DNA from: an uncultured Bacteriovoracaceae bacterium
Lineage (GTDB): Bacteria > Bdellovibrionota > Bacteriovoracia > Bacteriovoracales > Bacteriovoracaceae
Length of the DNA: 64,000 bases
Direction: 5' to 3'
NCBI GenBank assembly: GCA_964012805.1
Contig: CAXGUD010000004.1
Coordinates: forward strand, 32,001-96,000
Within the stretch, counting starts at the first letter, position 1. Every line of letters begins with the position of its first letter. The notes beneath the pieces are model-generated. The model ran no database searches. It had not been told where the DNA came from and worked only from the letters and a program-made list of their open reading frames with translations. Both the position numbers and the translations under genes were made by a program. Shown piece by piece: positions 60,056 through 64,000 of the stretch.

Positions 60056-61039
60056 TTATTTTTTCTTTTTCTCTAGGGTCAAAATAAGGTCATAAAGGTA
60101 CTTTTTCATTTCAGACCTTACGCTCTCAAAATTCTTAAGATCCTTTTTATCGCCTTTAGGGACAACAGAATCGTATGACTTAAATTTTTCTATATCCCTT
60201 AAAATTCTTTGGATGGCACTAATTTCAATTCTCACCTTTGATTCAAATTCCTTTACTTTTTTATTCTGTCTTCTTTTAAAAAAAGAAGTCGGTTTTTTTA
60301 AATCCATTTTTGAAAGTTTAGCGATAAGAAACCCTTTATAGAGCTCTATCTTTTCTTTGTTTGTTAATTTCTGAGGGTCGTAGGAATTCTTTTTGAGTTT
60401 GCTCTGAGCAAACTTACTGATTTTTCCAATTCTAGGAAGCCTTTTACTTAACTTGCAGACTTCTCCGGATAAAAGACCCCTGGCTATGGTCATGGAAAAA
60501 TCCTGAATGGTTCTTCTGCTCGGTACTTTTTGAGAAACGAAAAGGAACTCTTTTTTAAGCTTTTTTCCAGTACAGTCATCACCATTAGCACAGGCAACGG
60601 CTTCTAAAACAAAACCGGCATTATCAAGCCTGTTCGCTACATGAAAAGCAACGGTCATGGCTATGGGAACTGGGGCCAGAAAATAAGCCGGTGCTATGGC
60701 ACCAATGGCAAATAAAAAGGCCCCACCAATGAGTGCTCCACTGCCACCCGCTTGGAGTGTCCCTACGACCCAAGCGCCACCAACAAGGGTTCCGCTGGCA
60801 AGACTTAGCCCTCCATAGGTTCCTAGGACACCTTTTTTAATCCGCCCTTTAATTTTTTTCTTCTTTAAACCCTTTTTGTCAAACTCATCAAAGCAAGCTG
60901 AGGCCCTGAAAAAAGGTGAGAGGTAACTATGATAAGTCATGACCTCTTCTGTCTTTTTAGAAAAGGCCACTTCTGAATTTAAAAGAAGAAGTGCTGCTAA
61001 AACAAAAAGCTTTGATTTCAAAAAAAATGATTTAGGCAT
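60056..61039 (-). CDS. Secreted hypothetical protein (tandem paralog B)
   Basis: Same length as, and highly similar to, 59060..60043. Confidence 0.75.
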   Translation of the reverse strand: MPKSFFLKSKLFVLAALLLLNSEVAFSKKTEEVMTYHSYLSPFFRASACFDEFDKKGLKKKKIKGRIKKGVLGTYGGLSLASGTLVGGAWVVGTLQAGGSGALIGGAFLFAIGAIAPAYFLAPVPIAMTVAFHVANRLDNAGFVLEAVACANGDDCTGKKLKKEFLFVSQKVPSRRTIQDFSMTIARGLLSGEVCKLSKRLPRIGKISKFAQSKLKKNSYDPQKLTNKEKIELYKGFLIAKLSKMDLKKPTSFFKRRQNKKVKEFESKVRIEISAIQRILRDIEKFKSYDSVVPKGDKKDLKNFESVRSEMKKYLYDLILTLEKKKK

Positions 61040-61071
61040 GATTCCACCTCTTCTAAAATTTTTTTCTTTAG

Positions 61072-61968
61072 TTATTTTCTCTTTTTCCAGTTTTTTGATT
61101 TCTTTTTAATTTCTTTCTTTTTCCTCTCCATTTCTTTATGAAACTTTTTAAAAGCATTTTTAATATCTACGCGGTTTAGTTGGTGCTTGATAAGTTTTGG
61201 TGGGTCACAGCCAGCTAAAACATCACTTGCATGATGCTTCAGCTCTTTAAAGTACTCTTTATAAGGTGCTTTGGCCCTTCTCACAAACTCGGCAACATCG
61301 GGGTCAAACTTTGCCATTTGTTTCATGCCCCTGGAGTCTAACTTGATTTTACCTTTTTTATTACCAAGGCCTGGTATTTTAGTGGAAAGCCTATAGACAT
61401 CCTTTCCTTCCGCCCAAACATCTTTAGGATCTTTATAAGGAAGGTAACCGGGCTTGTCTGTCCAGGCCTCAATAAAAGTCATTTCTCCCTTTTCATTAAA
61501 AGTGAATTCTTCATAGATGGGGCATTTAAGTCCATCGTAATCAAAAATAACGTGACATCTTCCCATAGGGTTCTTTTTAAAGAAACGGCAATCTAGCTTG
61601 TCATAAGCGGTTTTAAAAAGCTTTAAAAGGGTGTCCGTCCAAATCAAATTAGATTTTCCGTAACCCGTTAAAAGAAGCCAAGGTTCCCATTCCCATCTGA
61701 CTACTTTTTCAGAGTAGTTGGGCTGAACCATAACGCTAACAGAAGTTTCCATCGTTCTAAAATATTTAATACTTTGCTCTACGTAGTATTTTGGTGGCTT
61801 TGTTGGTTTCACACAGCCAGCTTTTGCAGCATCTGTTCCGCAGGCCAAAACTTTTCCAAAGTTAATTGTTCCAGCAAAAGCATTGATTGAAATAAAGAAA
61901 AATATCAAAGATAAAAAGAGCGTTCGACTAAATATATTCATTTGAGTCTCCTTAAAATGGAACTTCAA
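61072..61968 (-). CDS. Secreted hypothetical protein
   Basis: Signal peptide after MNIF; VRWEWEPWLLLTG and CPIYEEFTFN..G..TFIEAW look like conserved blocks. Confidence 0.75.
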   Translation of the reverse strand: MKFHFKETQMNIFSRTLFLSLIFFFISINAFAGTINFGKVLACGTDAAKAGCVKPTKPPKYYVEQSIKYFRTMETSVSVMVQPNYSEKVVRWEWEPWLLLTGYGKSNLIWTDTLLKLFKTAYDKLDCRFFKKNPMGRCHVIFDYDGLKCPIYEEFTFNEKGEMTFIEAWTDKPGYLPYKDPKDVWAEGKDVYRLSTKIPGLGNKKGKIKLDSRGMKQMAKFDPDVAEFVRRAKAPYKEYFKELKHHASDVLAGCDPPKLIKHQLNRVDIKNAFKKFHKEMERKKKEIKKKSKNWKKRK

Positions 61969-62043
61969 ATGATCTTACCCTATTTTAAATTTTAAAAAAA
62001 AAAAGATGATTAAAATCTTTGGATCTGTGAACACTAGAGTAGT

Positions 62044-63135
62044 TTAACTCAGGTTTAAAACAGGCTTTATAAAAACCGAAAGAACACCCAATAAAATTCC
62101 TAAAGTCACAAGTTTTATTGAACTAGTCTTTGGAAACTTCCAAAGGATAAGGCCAATAATTATAAAGATGGCGGCTCCTAGAGGATCACTAAATGAAACT
62201 TTTCCTAGAGGGTAGATGGCATAAATCATAAGGCCTACGGCGCCTGCATTGACACTGTCTAAAAGAAGAGAAAAGTTTTTTGAGTTTCTCATTTTTGGAA
62301 TCAAGGGGTTTAAAGCGTAAACAAAAATAAAGGAGGGGAGAAAAATTCCAATAGAGGCAAGCAAGGCCCCCTCAAAACCGCTTAGAAGGTAACCAACAAA
62401 AGTTGATGTTGAAAGAACTGGTCCAGGAGTAAATTGTCCGATGGCAATAGCATCGGCTATTTGGGCACTTGTGAGCCAGCCCCTCTTTTCAACAATTTCA
62501 TCTTGAAGATAGGCCATAAGAACATAGCCACTTCCAAACAAAACGCTTCCAATTTTTGTGAAAACCCAAAAGATAGAAGGTAAGGCCACACTTTTAAGAC
62601 TAAAAGAGCTTTTGACCTTTAAAATAATAAACCCGAAAATGGAGCCAATAAAAAGAGCGTAGACTTCACCTATTCCGTAAAAACCTAAGCCTATGACAAG
62701 TGCCGCAACAGCGCCAAGTTCATATCCCTTTATGGCCTTTTTCCCAAGTTTTTGAACGGCTTGAAAAATAAGAATAATAACAACAGGTTTAATGCCAATT
62801 AAGTATTGTTCAAAGTTTGGAATTTTATAGGCGAGCGTATAAAGGTAGGCCAAAATTCCCGTTAGAACACAGGCGGGCAGTATAAAAGAAATTCCGGCAA
62901 TCAAAAGACCAGGGACGCCGCCTCTTTGGTATCCACAGTGAATGACCATCTCAGTTGAGTTCGGGCCTGGAATAAGGGAAGTCGCTCCGACGAGGTCGAG
63001 GAAGTGTTTTTCATCCATCCACTTTCTTTTTTCGACAACCTCTTTGTGAATCATCGCTATATGTGCGGCTGGACCACCAAAAGCTACAAGACCGAGCCGT
63101 AAAAATAACTTTAAAATCTCTGAAAAGGTCTTCAA
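62044..63135 (-). CDS. chrA: Chromate ion transporter (CHR family, long chain)
   Basis: AFGGPAAH, IPGPNSTE, FGSGYV and GQFTPGP motifs. Confidence 0.92.
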   Translation of the reverse strand: MKTFSEILKLFLRLGLVAFGGPAAHIAMIHKEVVEKRKWMDEKHFLDLVGATSLIPGPNSTEMVIHCGYQRGGVPGLLIAGISFILPACVLTGILAYLYTLAYKIPNFEQYLIGIKPVVIILIFQAVQKLGKKAIKGYELGAVAALVIGLGFYGIGEVYALFIGSIFGFIILKVKSSFSLKSVALPSIFWVFTKIGSVLFGSGYVLMAYLQDEIVEKRGWLTSAQIADAIAIGQFTPGPVLSTSTFVGYLLSGFEGALLASIGIFLPSFIFVYALNPLIPKMRNSKNFSLLLDSVNAGAVGLMIYAIYPLGKVSFSDPLGAAIFIIIGLILWKFPKTSSIKLVTLGILLGVLSVFIKPVLNLS

Positions 63136-63227
63136 AACTGATCTCCCAACTTAAGAAGGTTTTTTAGGTCAGCGTTTTATCGTTAAGGCCAGTAATATAC
63201 CTTTAGAGTAAAAGATTTTAAAGTTTG

Positions 63228-64000
63228 TTATTTGTTAACGCATTTCAAGTCTTTGTGTTTGAGGAAGAAGCAACTGAGTGAGTTCAATTCATTGCAGGTT
63301 AGGTCTTCAGAGCTTAATTGACAAAATGACGCAGTGTTTTTTAGCAAATTTTTTGTAACTTGTTTTTTTCCTTGGAATTTATAGATGTCCCTAGAAAGTT
63401 CTTCCCAAATTTTCTTTTGGGTAGCTCTATAACGGTTTTTGGGCCCCCTTTTTTTTAATTTTAAAATCCTATCAATATAAATATAAAACTTGTTAGCAAA
63501 AATATCTTTCAATCGAAAGGTAACATGCCTGTCATAAAGGTGGAGGCAAAGTGGTTTATTTTCTCTTATGTGAAAAAAGAAAGGGGACTCCGTTTTTTTC
63601 GAATTAAATCTTTCGGTTAGTTCAAACCAATAATCCTTATCTGGGTTAATATATTTAAGATGATTTTTCTGAATTGAATTTAAGGGGTTGCCTGAACTAT
63701 TTGAGAACTCTTCTATGATGAGGTTTGTGAGAAATATCTCTTTAAAGTATCCAGGTGAGAGTGGTCCTACATTATGCTTTGACCTTTTAATTTTAAAATG
63801 ACTAATAAGCTCACAGGACTTGATATTTTTCACTTTTTGACAAATATTTTTTAGAAGAGGCCGAACTTTGGTGTGATCATCCATCATTTGGTTAAAAAAA
63901 AGGTCAAAAAGGTCTTTTCTTGGTGTGCAACGATTATTTTTTATGTAATCCAAGTAGATAAAGAGTAAAGGCAATGCTTGGGCCAATGAATGCGGATCTA
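63228..64000 (-). CDS. Hypothetical protein (partial; probably begins beyond the window end)
   Basis: Long open frame on the minus strand reaching almost to the window edge (ORF track 63228..63986). Confidence 0.55.
   Translation of the reverse strand, partial: DPHSLAQALPLLFIYLDYIKNNRCTPRKDLFDLFFNQMMDDHTKVRPLLKNICQKVKNIKSCELISHFKIKRSKHNVGPLSPGYFKEIFLTNLIIEEFSNSSGNPLNSIQKNHLKYINPDKDYWFELTERFNSKKTESPFFFHIRENKPLCLHLYDRHVTFRLKDIFANKFYIYIDRILKLKKRGPKNRYRATQKKIWEELSRDIYKFQGKKQVTKNLLKNTASFCQLSSEDLTCNELNSLSCFFLKHKDLKCVNK

Overview
AT-rich bacterial chromosomal segment with no rRNA, tRNA or CRISPR array that I can see. It is rich in secreted or lipoprotein hydrolases, 7TM-DISM sensors and FG-GAP proteins; that gene mix resembles predatory Bdellovibrionota/Bacteriovoracia, but this is inference only. 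The main candidate system is a compositionally distinct block at 32.6-41.0 kb. There, a 2364-aa signal-peptide SpvB/FG-GAP/RHS protein (Tc-toxin BC-like) lies tail-to-tail with a stand-alone group-II-like reverse transcriptase (FMDD). I see no intron RNA, immunity gene, DGR template repeat or retron motifs. The junction carries a perfect 11-bp inverted repeat and a terminator, and codon usage shifts at the RHS 3' end. Other notable items: (1) two divergent fusions of an ArsP/DUF318 permease to FG-GAP/ASPIC-UnbV domains; (2) a 7TM-DISM-PAS sensor family with an unrecognised C-terminal output domain, including a chimeric pseudogene built on a 1.2-kb duplication; (3) four tandem 'mini-MotA' membrane proteins; (4) a GNAT-GNAT-RND-START operon; (5) a transglutaminase-elicitor-like lipoprotein; (6) an astacin with a PEPK linker and a YEATS-like tail. 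All family calls come from motif recognition by eye, not from database searches.
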